DNA from: Dehalococcoidia bacterium
Lineage (GTDB): Bacteria; Chloroflexota; Dehalococcoidia; Lucifugimonadales; UBA3495
Assembly: GCA_002724585.1 (NCBI GenBank)
Contig: PBPE01000036.1
Span: 30,502 to 94,501, forward strand
Length of the DNA stretch: 64,000 bases
Reading direction: 5' to 3'
The notes under the pieces were generated by a model. It searched no databases and was not told the origin of the DNA. It saw only the letters and a list, made by a program, of their open reading frames with translations. Of this stretch, positions 44,180 to 53,755 are shown in pieces (position 1 is the first letter of the stretch; each line of letters begins with the position of its first letter). Position numbers and translations under genes: made by a program.

Positions 44180-45481
44180 TCATGCTGACTGTTGGATAGC
44201 ACTTGATGGGAGTTTAAACTCGACATCTGAGTTGTCCGTTAAGGTAGGGGTACCGGTACCGTTGATGCAGTCCCTGTCCACAACGCATTTTGTTATGTAT
44301 TTCATTGAAGGAAGTTCGTACATTACGTCAAGTAGCGTATTTTCAATGATGTATCGTAGCGACCGAGCGCCTGTATTATGTGTTAATGCCATCTCTGCTG
44401 CTGCTTCCAAAGCGTCGTCCGTAAATTCCAGTTCGATATTATCAATGTGGAATAGTTGTTGATATTGCTTGATGATTGCATTTTTGGGTTCTTTTAACAC
44501 TTGAATTAGAGACTCTTTGTCCAAAGATTCGAGTTGGGTTACTACTGGTAATCGCCCTACGATTTCTGGTATAAACCCAAATTCCAATAGGTCTTCTGGG
44601 GTTATCTGGGTTGAGGTGATTCCGCGGTTATCTTCTTTTTTCTGTGTGTTACTTAAAAAACCCATTTGGTCTATCGTTGTTGCCCTCTTAGCGACTATAT
44701 CATCTAGGCCTTCGAACGCTCCGCCGCATATAAATAGTATGTCATTGGTATTGATCTGCAGAAAGTCCTGATGAGGATGCTTTCGACCGCCCTGTGGTGG
44801 CACGTTGGCGATGCACCCCTCAATTATCTTGAGAAGTTCTTGTTGTACTCCTTCACCAGAAACATCCCTAGTGATAGACCTATTAATGCCTTCTTTACGT
44901 GCTATTTTATCTAGTTCATCTATATAGATGATGCCGTGTTCCGCGCGTGATATATCCCAGTCGGCAGATTGAATCAACCTAAGTAATATGTTCTCGACGT
45001 CTTCCCCGACGTACCCTGACTCGGTCAAAGAGGTAGCGTCACAGATTGCAAAGGGTACGGACAAGGTCTTTGCAAGTGTTTCTGCTAATAATGTTTTACC
45101 GCAGCCGGTTGGACCAATAAGTAATATATTTGTTTTTTGCAGCTCCACGTCGGATATGGTGGAGCTGTTCCAAACCCTCTTGAAGTGGTTATAAACTGCA
45201 ACACTTAGGACTTTTTTGGCTTTATTTTGTCCAATTACGTATTGGTCTAAAGTTTTGTATATGGATTTGGGCACCAAATCTTGGTCCGGGGTTGTTACAG
45301 GGTGGTTCGGGTAGTTCTTGGATTGTATGAGTTGTCCAAGAACTTTCACGCAGTCGTAACACATCGTAGCCGAACTCTGGCCGGAGACTATGAGGCTATT
45401 TCTACTATGTCCTTTTCCGCAGAATGAGCATAGTAAGTTTTTAGCATTACTTTGATTGCTGCCGTTGCTGCCGTTAGCCAC
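44180..45481 (-). CDS. clpX: ATP-dependent Clp protease ATPase subunit ClpX
   Basis: 433 aa with the N-terminal zinc finger CSFCGK...CYDC, Walker A GPTGCGKT and Walker [10 protein letters not shown]. Confidence 0.97.
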   Translation of the reverse strand: MANGSNGSNQSNAKNLLCSFCGKGHSRNSLIVSGQSSATMCYDCVKVLGQLIQSKNYPNHPVTTPDQDLVPKSIYKTLDQYVIGQNKAKKVLSVAVYNHFKRVWNSSTISDVELQKTNILLIGPTGCGKTLLAETLAKTLSVPFAICDATSLTESGYVGEDVENILLRLIQSADWDISRAEHGIIYIDELDKIARKEGINRSITRDVSGEGVQQELLKIIEGCIANVPPQGGRKHPHQDFLQINTNDILFICGGAFEGLDDIVAKRATTIDQMGFLSNTQKKEDNRGITSTQITPEDLLEFGFIPEIVGRLPVVTQLESLDKESLIQVLKEPKNAIIKQYQQLFHIDNIELEFTDDALEAAAEMALTHNTGARSLRYIIENTLLDVMYELPSMKYITKCVVDRDCINGTGTPTLTDNSDVEFKLPSSAIQQSA

Positions 45482-45517
45482 GCTTAATCCAGAGGTTCCC
45501 TAATGGCGTTGTGTATT

Positions 45518-46171
45518 TTACTCTTTATCACTTGGGCCGCTAAGAATTTCGTCTACAAGACCATATTCCACGGCTTGCTCGGAAGTAAGGTAGTAGTCTC
45601 GGTCGGTGTCTCTGGCTATCTTTTCGTAATCTTGGCCAGTATTTCCTGACAGTAAGGTGCGAATTTTATCCTGCAAACGTAGTATTTCTCTTGCTGCGAT
45701 TTCAATATCAGTTGCTTGTCCCTGGGCTCCCCCAAGGGCCTGATGCATGTGTATCGTTGAATTAGGCAGGCAATAGCGCTTGCCTTTAGCTCCACCAGAT
45801 AGTAGAACAGTGGCCATACTGGCAGCCATGCCCAAGCATATAGTGGACACTTCGCAGTTTACCAGTTGCATTGTGTCGTATATTGCTAGTCCTGAGCTTA
45901 TGACTCCACCAGGGCTGTTAATGTAAACGCTTATCCCTTTATCAGGGTCTTCTCTTTCAAGATAAAGAAGTTGTGCGATAATCACATTGGCTATTGGATC
46001 TGCGATTTGAGTGCCCAGAAATACAATTCTCTCTTTGAGAAGAAGAGAATATATATCGAATGCTCTCTCTCCTCGTGGGCTAGTTTCGATTACCATCGGT
46101 ACTATGTTTTGCGGCGTTACCATGCTGTTACTGGGAACAACCAGTGATGAGTCGTAGGGGTTGTTCAACAT
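45518..46171 (-). CDS. clpP: ATP-dependent Clp protease proteolytic subunit ClpP
   Basis: 217 aa with INSPGG, the GMAASMA catalytic Ser and the MHQ catalytic His. GGAG SD. Confidence 0.97.
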   Translation of the reverse strand: MLNNPYDSSLVVPSNSMVTPQNIVPMVIETSPRGERAFDIYSLLLKERIVFLGTQIADPIANVIIAQLLYLEREDPDKGISVYINSPGGVISSGLAIYDTMQLVNCEVSTICLGMAASMATVLLSGGAKGKRYCLPNSTIHMHQALGGAQGQATDIEIAAREILRLQDKIRTLLSGNTGQDYEKIARDTDRDYYLTSEQAVEYGLVDEILSGPSDKE

Positions 46172-46186
46172 TTTTATCTATACTCC

Positions 46187-47551
46187 TTATTTCGCTTCTT
46201 CAGTTTCGTTCTGTGGTTTTGTGTCTGTCTCTGACGTTTTATCTGCTGAGTCGTCGGTATTCTCTGGGGCAGTAATCCCCTGAGTTATATCGACTATGCG
46301 GCCCATTATTTTTTGATTAAGTAATGATGATGCTATATTGCTCCTAACAGCGTCAGACGATAAATTCCGGCGCATTTGGTCTGAATTTTCACCTGCGGAC
46401 TCGATCAATGAGTCGATTTCCTTCTGGATATCGTCCTCGGATATTTCTAGAGACTCCGTCTCGGCTAGTTTTCTCAATACCAGAAATCTAGTTAATCGCT
46501 CTCTAGCTGTAGGGCGCAACTCTTCTTGGAATTCTTCTGATGTCTTTCCTATGTAACTGAGGTACGTGTCCATGTCGAGACTCTGGTTTCGGAGCATGCG
46601 CTCCCGTTCTTGTTGCATATTCTCGACTTCACGTTCGTATAGAAGCTCTGAAGCCTCTATATCTGCTAGATCTACAATCGCTTCAATAGCTTTTGACTCC
46701 AAATCCCTCGTCGCTTCCGCTTCTGCTTCATCCGATAGGCGTCCCCTAACGTGGGATGTAAGCTCTTCAAGCGTATCATACCCATCTCCGATACCTTTAG
46801 AAAACTCGTCATCTAGTTCGGGTAATAGTTTCTCTTTTACCGACAGTATGGTTAGATCAAAAGCACATTCTTTCCCAGCGAACTGCTCTCGAGGATAATC
46901 ATCTGGTATCGTGATGGTAAATGATTTATTTTCTTGGTCGTTCATGCCTTCTAAATTAGTAGCAAAACCAGGGAATGGGAGTACGTTGTCTTCTTGGGGT
47001 ATATAATCTATTCCCTCATCGTTAACGACCTCTTCTCCATCTATTGTGCCAGTGACTGTTATATTCAACAGGTCACCATATTGGACCGGTCGATCTACTG
47101 GTTCCCATGGAGCGGAGTCATGTCTTAGTCTTTCTAATACGTCATTAACTTGTTCGTCTGTGATTTCTACTGCTTCTTTTTCTATACGTATATCTTCGTA
47201 TTCTCCGAGGTTAACAGTGGGTTCTAATGGTATTACTGCTTTGAATGTAACGGGTTCAATTTCGGTTATCTCAATTTGAGGTTCTGCAAACGCCTGAATA
47301 TCTTCGTTTCGTAGGACTGTATCAAGGGTTTCTGGGATCAAGTAGTCTAGGGCTTCGTTAAGGAGAGCAGTCCTACCTATGTAGCTCTCCACTATTGTTC
47401 GTGGAGCTTTACCTTTTCTGAATCCGGGTATATTGAGCCGGCCTACAGACCTTCTATACGAACGATCGATAAATGGATCCTCGTCTTCAGGTGCCATTTC
47501 CACAGACAGTGTGACTTCTATCGAGTTAGCTTCTTCTTTAGTGACCCTCAA
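46187..47551 (-). CDS. tig: Trigger factor
   Basis: It has the GFRKGKAP ribosome-binding signature and sits in the tig-clpP-clpX order. I trimmed the start to the TTG at 47551 (LRVTKEE...), which has a GGAGA SD 6 nt upstream. The track's extra 47 N-terminal residues have no Tig counterpart. Confidence 0.92.
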   Translation of the reverse strand: MRVTKEEANSIEVTLSVEMAPEDEDPFIDRSYRRSVGRLNIPGFRKGKAPRTIVESYIGRTALLNEALDYLIPETLDTVLRNEDIQAFAEPQIEITEIEPVTFKAVIPLEPTVNLGEYEDIRIEKEAVEITDEQVNDVLERLRHDSAPWEPVDRPVQYGDLLNITVTGTIDGEEVVNDEGIDYIPQEDNVLPFPGFATNLEGMNDQENKSFTITIPDDYPREQFAGKECAFDLTILSVKEKLLPELDDEFSKGIGDGYDTLEELTSHVRGRLSDEAEAEATRDLESKAIEAIVDLADIEASELLYEREVENMQQERERMLRNQSLDMDTYLSYIGKTSEEFQEELRPTARERLTRFLVLRKLAETESLEISEDDIQKEIDSLIESAGENSDQMRRNLSSDAVRSNIASSLLNQKIMGRIVDITQGITAPENTDDSADKTSETDTKPQNETEEAK

Positions 47552-48146
47552 AAATGTTCTCCAGAAAACTAAAGTTTTCGGTATCCGAACATGGAATCGT
47601 ATACCGTTATATGTGCGTAAAAGGACATCGGCAAGTATAGCATAAACGGTTTTAGCGTGGAAGATTGCAAGGGTAAATAATTTATAGATCATACGTGTGT
47701 ATTGAAGTAAGCCTCTTTGACATTACGCTAAATCCTTGTATCAATGGCAGTTTTATAAAAAAGTCTAAAATTGGTAAAAACCTGTATTGTTTTCTCGTTG
47801 ACGTAGTATTGACAAGATTGATAACGTCGCATGTGTGATGTGAGGAAGGGTTCGGGATAACTGGACTTAATGGTCCTCCTCTTTATTGCCAGGTTTGACG
47901 AAAAATCAGATTTGGTCCTGTTAGATTCAAGCTCGTAGAGCTAGTCTGTAGATTATTTGCCGTGACTGAATGGCTAGATCGCCTGGTATCAGGTGGTTGG
48001 GATATGTTCTCGTATTTCAGGCATGGCTGTCATTATTGAGAATTAACGTCTTGGGAACTAATGATATGCAGGCTGTAGCTTATGACATTAATGAGTCTGA
48101 ATGTTTCTTCGATGCCAGAGGGAATACACCTGTCTGGAGCGAATCT

Positions 48147-49076
48147 ATGGGTAGCATGAAATTTCATCTGCCAGTATTAGTTCCAGAGATTATTGAACAT
48201 TTAAATGTAAAGAATGCCGGGGTTTATGCCGACTGTACGCTCGGACAGGGAGGTCATTCTTTAGCCTTACTGGAAGCGTCTGAGCCAGATGGATTAGTCC
48301 TTGGTATTGACCGTGATGGTAGTTCTGTGGCCGAGGCTAATGCAAGATTAACAGTTTATTCAGATAGGTTTATAGGGGTACAGGGAAACTACAAGGATCT
48401 ACCTGATATTGCTGTTCAGAATGGTTTTTCTAGTTTTGACGGGATTTTGCTAGACCTTGGATTCTCTTCTAAACAAATAGATACAGACGGATACGGTCTT
48501 AGTTTCCAAAAAGATGAATATTTAGATATGCGCTTTGACAGAGACTCTGACTGTATAACCGCTTCCGATATTGTGAATACCTTTGAAGAAACCGAGCTAG
48601 CTAATCTAATCTACCAATATGGGGAAGAACGATCTTCACGGAGGATAGCGAAAGCTATAGTACGGAATAGACCTCTTTATACTACCAAAGAATTGTCAGA
48701 AACAATTCTTAGAACGATAAACAGTCGATCTCGTATTCATCCGGCTACTCGTACTTTTCAGGCTCTTCGAATACGGGTCAATGATGAGCTCCATAACTTA
48801 GAAATAGGGCTTCAGAATATTGTTTCGCTATTAAGCCGCCTGGGCAGGTTAGGAATAATAAGTTATCACAGCCTTGAGGATAGAGTAGTCAAATCAACCT
48901 TATTTAAGGAATCGTCAACTTGTATATGCTCTCCTGAATTGTTGGAGTGTCTTTGCGAGCATAAACCTCGTCTGCGCCTAATAAATAGGCGGGTCATAAA
49001 ACCCACATCTAGTGAGATAGCCTTGAATCCTCGGAGCAGAAGTGCTCGGTTAAGGATCGCTGAAAATATTGCGTAG
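48147..49076 (+). CDS. rsmH: 16S rRNA (cytosine1402-N4)-methyltransferase RsmH (MraW)
   Basis: HLPVLVPEIIEHL and DCTLGQGGHS SAM-binding motifs. I chose the ATG at 48147 (GGAG SD 7 nt upstream). The 59-aa upstream extension in the track has no RsmH counterpart. Confidence 0.92.
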   Translation: MGSMKFHLPVLVPEIIEHLNVKNAGVYADCTLGQGGHSLALLEASEPDGLVLGIDRDGSSVAEANARLTVYSDRFIGVQGNYKDLPDIAVQNGFSSFDGILLDLGFSSKQIDTDGYGLSFQKDEYLDMRFDRDSDCITASDIVNTFEETELANLIYQYGEERSSRRIAKAIVRNRPLYTTKELSETILRTINSRSRIHPATRTFQALRIRVNDELHNLEIGLQNIVSLLSRLGRLGIISYHSLEDRVVKSTLFKESSTCICSPELLECLCEHKPRLRLINRRVIKPTSSEIALNPRSRSARLRIAENIA

Positions 49077-49158
49077 GTAGATAGTTACTCGACAGCCCAC
49101 CAGGGGCGATTGACAAAATGGAGAAATTAGAGCGTTAGGCTCGAAGGATGGTAAATAA

Positions 49159-50406
49159 GTGGCAAAAGAAACATATTACGCCGCGGTGGACGTTGGTACT
49201 AACAAGGTCAGCTCCATATTAGCAAGAGTGGGCTCCGAGGGAGAACTTAAGATTCTTGGGACAGGGATATCTCCTTGCTATGGTGTTCAAAAAGGTAGAG
49301 TGGAAAGTATTGAAGAGGTGAAGTCGGCTGTCGCATCTGCTCTCGGAGAAGCACAAAGGTATGTTGGTAGAGGGGTAATATCTTCAGTCTATGCCAGTAT
49401 TAGTGGTAATCACATAACGTGTATGAACACCAAAGATACGCTTCGGAATAGTGAATATGTTGACGGCCTAACCGCTCAGCACCTTAGTGAATTAATGAAG
49501 GCATCGTTGCCAGATATAGATGCTTCGAAAGAGATACTTCACGTTATTCCTATTGGATATGAAGTGGATGGACTTTCCGGAGTTAGGAATCCATTTGGAT
49601 TGCACGCGAATGATGTTCAGGTTGAATCTCATGTCGTAACTGGCGACGCTACCATAATAAAGAATACTGTTAAGACTATCGAAGCTTGCAAGGTAGGAGT
49701 TAATAGTCTTGTCTATCAAGGTTTGGCTTCATCAGAAGCAACGCTCACTGGCGACGAACGAGAGATGGGAGCGGTATTGGTCGATATTGGTGCAGGTACA
49801 TCGGATATCTGTATATATAAGTACGGGAGTCCATGGTATTCCAGTGTGGTTCCTGTAGGAGGTAGCCAATTAACGCGTGATTTATCCGTCGCGCTGAGGG
49901 TTCCCTATTATATGGCGGAAGAAATTAAGGTGAAATGGGGCCATGCGTTTCCTGAAATGGTAAAAGCTGATGAGGAGGTGGTTATACCAAGTGTGCAAGG
50001 TCAACCAAAGCGTGTGGTGAAAAGACGAGGGTTGTGTGAACCTATTCATCAAAGGACGTTGGAAATATTGAAGCTCATCATGCTTAGAGTAAGCCAATCA
50101 GGGCTTCGACAATTGCCCAATGGAGGACTAGTTATTACCGGTGGTACTTCGGAACTGCAAGGATTGCGAAAACTTGTTGAGGATAATCTCGGAGGCCCCG
50201 TAAGAATAGCAAATCCTTCAGGCATAGCAGGTCTACCGACTCAGCTACAAAAACCTGGTTTATCGGCAGCTGTCGGTACATTAATTTGGGGTATTAAGCA
50301 TCAAGGTGAAAGTCGCGCCTATCGTGAGCGTGATCGATATAACGCCGGATACAGGTCACTATTAAATCGATTAGGTCGGGTTAAGGATAAGGTGGCTAAC
50401 AGGTAG
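49159..50406 (+). CDS. ftsA: Cell division protein FtsA
   Basis: 415 aa with an actin-like ATPase fold (AVDVGTNKV, VDIGAGTSD, ITGGTS). GTG start with GAAGGATGG SD. It lies directly upstream of ftsZ. Confidence 0.9.
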   Translation: MAKETYYAAVDVGTNKVSSILARVGSEGELKILGTGISPCYGVQKGRVESIEEVKSAVASALGEAQRYVGRGVISSVYASISGNHITCMNTKDTLRNSEYVDGLTAQHLSELMKASLPDIDASKEILHVIPIGYEVDGLSGVRNPFGLHANDVQVESHVVTGDATIIKNTVKTIEACKVGVNSLVYQGLASSEATLTGDEREMGAVLVDIGAGTSDICIYKYGSPWYSSVVPVGGSQLTRDLSVALRVPYYMAEEIKVKWGHAFPEMVKADEEVVIPSVQGQPKRVVKRRGLCEPIHQRTLEILKLIMLRVSQSGLRQLPNGGLVITGGTSELQGLRKLVEDNLGGPVRIANPSGIAGLPTQLQKPGLSAAVGTLIWGIKHQGESRAYRERDRYNAGYRSLLNRLGRVKDKVANR

Positions 50407-50540
50407 TTATGTCGAATTGACTATTGATGCGATGGTGACGAGTGTGTGCTTGGGTGGGATGATACATAGTCTACAACTAGCCTAGACACCATCAAGAGAA
50501 TTTTAAAGAATACAAAATCTTGTGGAGGGTCAAATTTATT

Positions 50541-51692
50541 ATGGTACTAGAAAATTCAGCTTCGTGGGAACCTAACAATGAGCTAAGTGATAACCTTAAT
50601 CTCGTTCCTGAAATTGCCAGGGGCGTGCCTATGATAAAAGTACTTGGTATTGGGGGGGGCGGAAGTAATGCGGTAAGCCGCATGTATAAAGAGAAATTAC
50701 CTGTAGTAGAGTATTTCGCTATGAATACCGATGCTCAGCATTTGTTTCGATGTGATGTAGCTCAAAGAGTTGCTCTCGGTCAGAACTTAACGAGAGGTCT
50801 TGGGTCAGGCGCGCAACCTGAGTTGGGTAGGCAGGCAGCGGAAGAATCCAGGGCCGAGATTCAGCAAGCGGTTGAAGGGGCAGACATGGTTTTCTTGGCC
50901 GTTGGAATGGGTGGTGGAACTGGGACTGGAGCCGCCCCTGTGGTCGCGCAAATTGCAAAAGAATCTGGAGCTTTAACCATAGCAGTAGTAAGCCGACCGT
51001 TCTCCTTTGAGGCGGCTGCTCGCCGTAAGAATGCCGAGGAGGGCATTGCTAGATTAAGGGATCATGTGGACACATTGATTACGATTCCAAACGATCGCCT
51101 TTTGGAAATGAACACAAAAGAGGATCAGGCTTTCACTTGGGAAGATGCCCTGAAGATGGCAGATTCAGTTCTTCATCAAGGTATTCAAGCGATAGCGGAA
51201 GTTGTAACTGTACCAGGCGAAATTAACGTAGACTTTGCGGATGTCAAAACCATATTGGCTGGTGCAGGTCCTGCTTGGATGGCTATTGGAAAAGGAAAAG
51301 GCGAAACGCGTGCAGCTGACGCAGCTAAGATGGCTACGAAGAGCCCTCTGTTGGATATCGCTATGGATGGTGCTAAGCGCATTTTATTCGTTATAACCGG
51401 TGGTTCGAACTTGACACTTCGTGAGGTCCAAGACGCGGCGAAAGTAATCGAAGATATGGCGGATCCAGAAGCTAATATTATATTTGGTACGAGTAGAGAT
51501 CCTCGGCTAGACGATGAGGTCAAAATAACAATGGTTGCGGCCTCATTCCCTATCATTCAGGATAATCAGCAGATGAGAGAAGAGGAATTACAAAGACTTT
51601 TACAAGATGTTTCGTCTCAGACGGAAGAAGAACTTGATGTCCCCAGTTTTCTCAGGCCACAATCTGGAGGTCGACGGGGATTTTTCAGGTAA
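50541..51692 (+). CDS. ftsZ: Cell division GTPase FtsZ
   Basis: [10 protein letters not shown] and the tubulin signature [12 protein letters not shown], plus the C-terminal DVPSFLR peptide. I chose the ATG at 50541 (GGAGGG upstream) over the longer TTG at 50520. Confidence 0.96.
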   Translation: MVLENSASWEPNNELSDNLNLVPEIARGVPMIKVLGIGGGGSNAVSRMYKEKLPVVEYFAMNTDAQHLFRCDVAQRVALGQNLTRGLGSGAQPELGRQAAEESRAEIQQAVEGADMVFLAVGMGGGTGTGAAPVVAQIAKESGALTIAVVSRPFSFEAAARRKNAEEGIARLRDHVDTLITIPNDRLLEMNTKEDQAFTWEDALKMADSVLHQGIQAIAEVVTVPGEINVDFADVKTILAGAGPAWMAIGKGKGETRAADAAKMATKSPLLDIAMDGAKRILFVITGGSNLTLREVQDAAKVIEDMADPEANIIFGTSRDPRLDDEVKITMVAASFPIIQDNQQMREEELQRLLQDVSSQTEEELDVPSFLRPQSGGRRGFFR

Positions 51693-51913
51693 AGACCGTG
51701 CTTAATGGCTAGGTCATTCTGATTGCAAGACGGAGTTAGAGACACTGGGGTAGTGTGGATGTGGATAAAACCTGCACAATGTGGGTTCTAAGGTGATAGG
51801 CTCTTCTCCGTCTTGTATGCTAAATTATTATCTAGTAGAGGAATATTCTCGGAGGCTTTACGCAATAATTTCTTATCTTCTATCCTAACAAATAAGTCCC
51901 GAGAACCATTTAT

Positions 51914-51940
51914 AGACCACCCTCATTTTGAGGGTGGTCT
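51914..51940 (+). terminator. Intrinsic terminator-like hairpin (11-bp stem, 5-nt loop)
   Basis: AGACCACCCTC atttt GAGGGTGGTCT, followed by the T-rich cttcatttc. It lies 222 nt downstream of the ftsZ stop. Confidence 0.6.
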
Positions 51941-52090
51941 CTTCATTTCATACTAATGTGTTCGTTATCAAATGTAATACTCTCTTAATACTTGTTGTTG
52001 TAAGTTATATGTCTGTTATGAGCCATTTAATATAAAAACTCGTAGTAAATCTATATTGACTTTCAGTTATAGACTCTAATACAATCCCGT

Positions 52091-52106
52091 CTACTATAAG
52101 TTGTAT
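52091..52106. promoter_or_regulatory. Candidate NrdR box (distal)
   Basis: ctactataagttgtat matches the published NrdR-box consensus acaCwAtATaTwGtgt at 11/16. Its reverse complement is 12/16 identical to the proximal box. Centre-to-centre spacing to that box is 31 bp. Confidence 0.35.
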
Positions 52107-52121
52107 GTTGAAAGCACGCTG

Positions 52122-52137
52122 ATACAATATTTAGTAT
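52122..52137. promoter_or_regulatory. Candidate NrdR box (proximal)
   Basis: atacaatatttagtat matches acaCwAtATaTwGtgt at 13/16. It lies 42 nt upstream of the nrdR start in an AT-rich promoter-like region. Confidence 0.45.
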
Positions 52138-52178
52138 TTATAAGAAAATTTTGAGAAAGTTTTAAAAAAGGTGCCAAA

Positions 52179-52754
52179 TTGAAGTGCCCGTATTGTGCTT
52201 CTACAGAATCAAAAGTAACGAATTCCCGTGAAGCTGAAAGCGGAACTCGCAGAAGACGGGAATGCCAGTCGTGTTACGCACGATTTACCACCTATGAAAG
52301 AATTCAGGTGGCAGGTTTGGTAGTTTTGAAGGAAGACGATCGTCGGGAAGAATTCAATAAAGAGAAGTTGATAGAAGGCATAAGAAAAGCATGTACCAAG
52401 CGACCGATATCTCCGAAGGCGATAGAGAAGCTGGTTGAGGAGATAGAAGGAGAATTGTATGGCAGTGGCCAATGGGAGGTTTCTTCTGAAAATATTGGGG
52501 AAATAGTCATGGAAAGGCTAAGAAGGCTGGATCGGGTTGCTTACATCCGATATGCCAGTGTGTATCGAGACTTTACAGACATTGAGAGCTTTGAAAGGGC
52601 GGTGAAGGATTTGCGGGAGGATGAAACACGGCTCTCCTTGCCGCGATTAGGCAGTAAGAGCGCGCATCGGAATATAGATGCCGGTTCCAGAAAGCCTACT
52701 AAATATGGAAATAAAACGCCCATGTTAAAAGGACAAGTGAACTTATCTGCTTAA
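52179..52754 (+). CDS. nrdR: Transcriptional repressor NrdR (zinc ribbon + ATP-cone) with an extended C-terminal tail
   Basis: MKCPYC...CQSC zinc ribbon followed by an ATP-cone (VLKEDDRREEFNKEKL...). TTG start with AAGGTG SD. It is 191 aa, versus the roughly 150-160 aa I recall as typical. Confidence 0.93.
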   Translation: MKCPYCASTESKVTNSREAESGTRRRRECQSCYARFTTYERIQVAGLVVLKEDDRREEFNKEKLIEGIRKACTKRPISPKAIEKLVEEIEGELYGSGQWEVSSENIGEIVMERLRRLDRVAYIRYASVYRDFTDIESFERAVKDLREDETRLSLPRLGSKSAHRNIDAGSRKPTKYGNKTPMLKGQVNLSA

Positions 52755-52787
52755 GATAGTAGAGAGTTCTGAGGAGATATTAAACTG

Positions 52788-53030
52788 ATGAGTAGTAGTG
52801 TCCAATACTCGGCTCTCGCAAGGCTGTTAAGCCACAATAATAGAGCACATGATTTAGAAGAGATCATGAAGCAAAGTTTGGTCCCAACCGAGTATCCATA
52901 TCAAGTGGATTTGGAATATCAAGAGTTGCCTATCAATCCTTTCGCTGAACTCCAGGATGAATTTGAAAAAGAAGTTAGAGCTAGTTTAGTGACATGTTGG
53001 CTAGCTATCCCAGAAACCGACGAAGAGTAA
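52788..53030 (+). CDS. Hypothetical acidic protein (80 aa)
   Basis: ORF with GAGGAG SD located 33 nt after nrdR. No recognisable motif. Confidence 0.45.
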   Translation: MSSSVQYSALARLLSHNNRAHDLEEIMKQSLVPTEYPYQVDLEYQELPINPFAELQDEFEKEVRASLVTCWLAIPETDEE

Positions 53031-53201
53031 AGAATTAGAAATGTATCCATGCAAACAAGTCTAATGACAACGGCTTAAGGAAAATAATCGTGAAACATGG
53101 TAAAACTTGAATGATATATCAAGTGTTACATGTGACCAGTTATTGACGAATAACTAAGTCGTAAACCCATCAAATCTGCAGGATACAAGCAAGGGGTTAT
53201 T

Positions 53202-53702
53202 TTGGAAAGACAAATAAAATACATTGTGCAAGTACACTGCGAACCTCTACCCATTGGGTTAGAGGGCACTATAGTCAATTTTCTGAGTGATTATTTTAAT
53301 GTGACCGGGTGTTCTGTCGATAATCAAGGTATGATACTCGAGCTCAGATCAAGCCATGCGATAGCTTATGGCGCAATCAAAGACTTGGCGGATTTGATAG
53401 TAGAAGTTTTGAACATGAATGGTATAGAGTTCAGGCAAGGTGTTATCAATCGAGTTGAACAAGGTTACGCGCAATTTGTATACAAGGTAGTTAATTCGGA
53501 AGTCATTGCAAACCATATACTCGGATTGTGCAGGTCCTGGAGTTATATAGTAGGTAATGCAGTTAAAGAATTAATAGCGAAGATGTTCGGTGGGACTCGA
53601 CTCGTGCCTGAGATGTATTTCCATGGCAATGTTTTGTTGGATGTCATGCTGTCGACTCGAGTCAAACAGCTTTCTACAGATGGAGTGATAGACCGAAGTT
53701 AA
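53202..53702 (+). CDS. Hypothetical protein (166 aa)
   Basis: ORF with a TTG start and AAGGGG SD, lying between nrdR and nrdJ. No recognisable motif. Confidence 0.5.
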   Translation: MERQIKYIVQVHCEPLPIGLEGTIVNFLSDYFNVTGCSVDNQGMILELRSSHAIAYGAIKDLADLIVEVLNMNGIEFRQGVINRVEQGYAQFVYKVVNSEVIANHILGLCRSWSYIVGNAVKELIAKMFGGTRLVPEMYFHGNVLLDVMLSTRVKQLSTDGVIDRS

Positions 53703-53755
53703 TATACCTAACAGTTAATACAGAGTGATTGAATTAGTTGAGGGGGGTTGTTGAA

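Noticed and set aside
47552-47692. A 47-residue N-terminal extension of trigger factor in the longest-ORF call (46187..47692).
   Set aside because: The extension (MIYKLFTLAIFHAK...) has no counterpart in Tig. A TTG at 47551, with a GGAGA SD 6 nt upstream, starts exactly at the conserved (M)xVTxE... N-terminus.
47970-48146. A 59-residue N-terminal extension of RsmH, and a possible MraZ remnant (FDARGNTP resembles the DxKGR motif).
   Set aside because: RsmH homology begins at MKFHLPVL, and a GGAG SD precedes the ATG at 48147. The DARGN string has the wrong spacing to the Pro, lacks the second repeat and has no other MraZ features.
53111-53126. A third NrdR-like box (atgatatatcaagtgt) upstream of the 166-aa ORF and nrdJ.
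   Set aside because: It matches the consensus at only 11/16 and only the right half is good. No partner box lies at about 21 or 31 bp on either side. In AT-rich DNA this is within chance expectation.
53738-53755. An upstream TTG start for nrdJ, as in the ORF track.
   Set aside because: The TTG overlaps the GAGGGGGG SD, which is correctly spaced for the in-frame GTG at 53756. The difference is only 6 codons and is not experimentally resolvable here.
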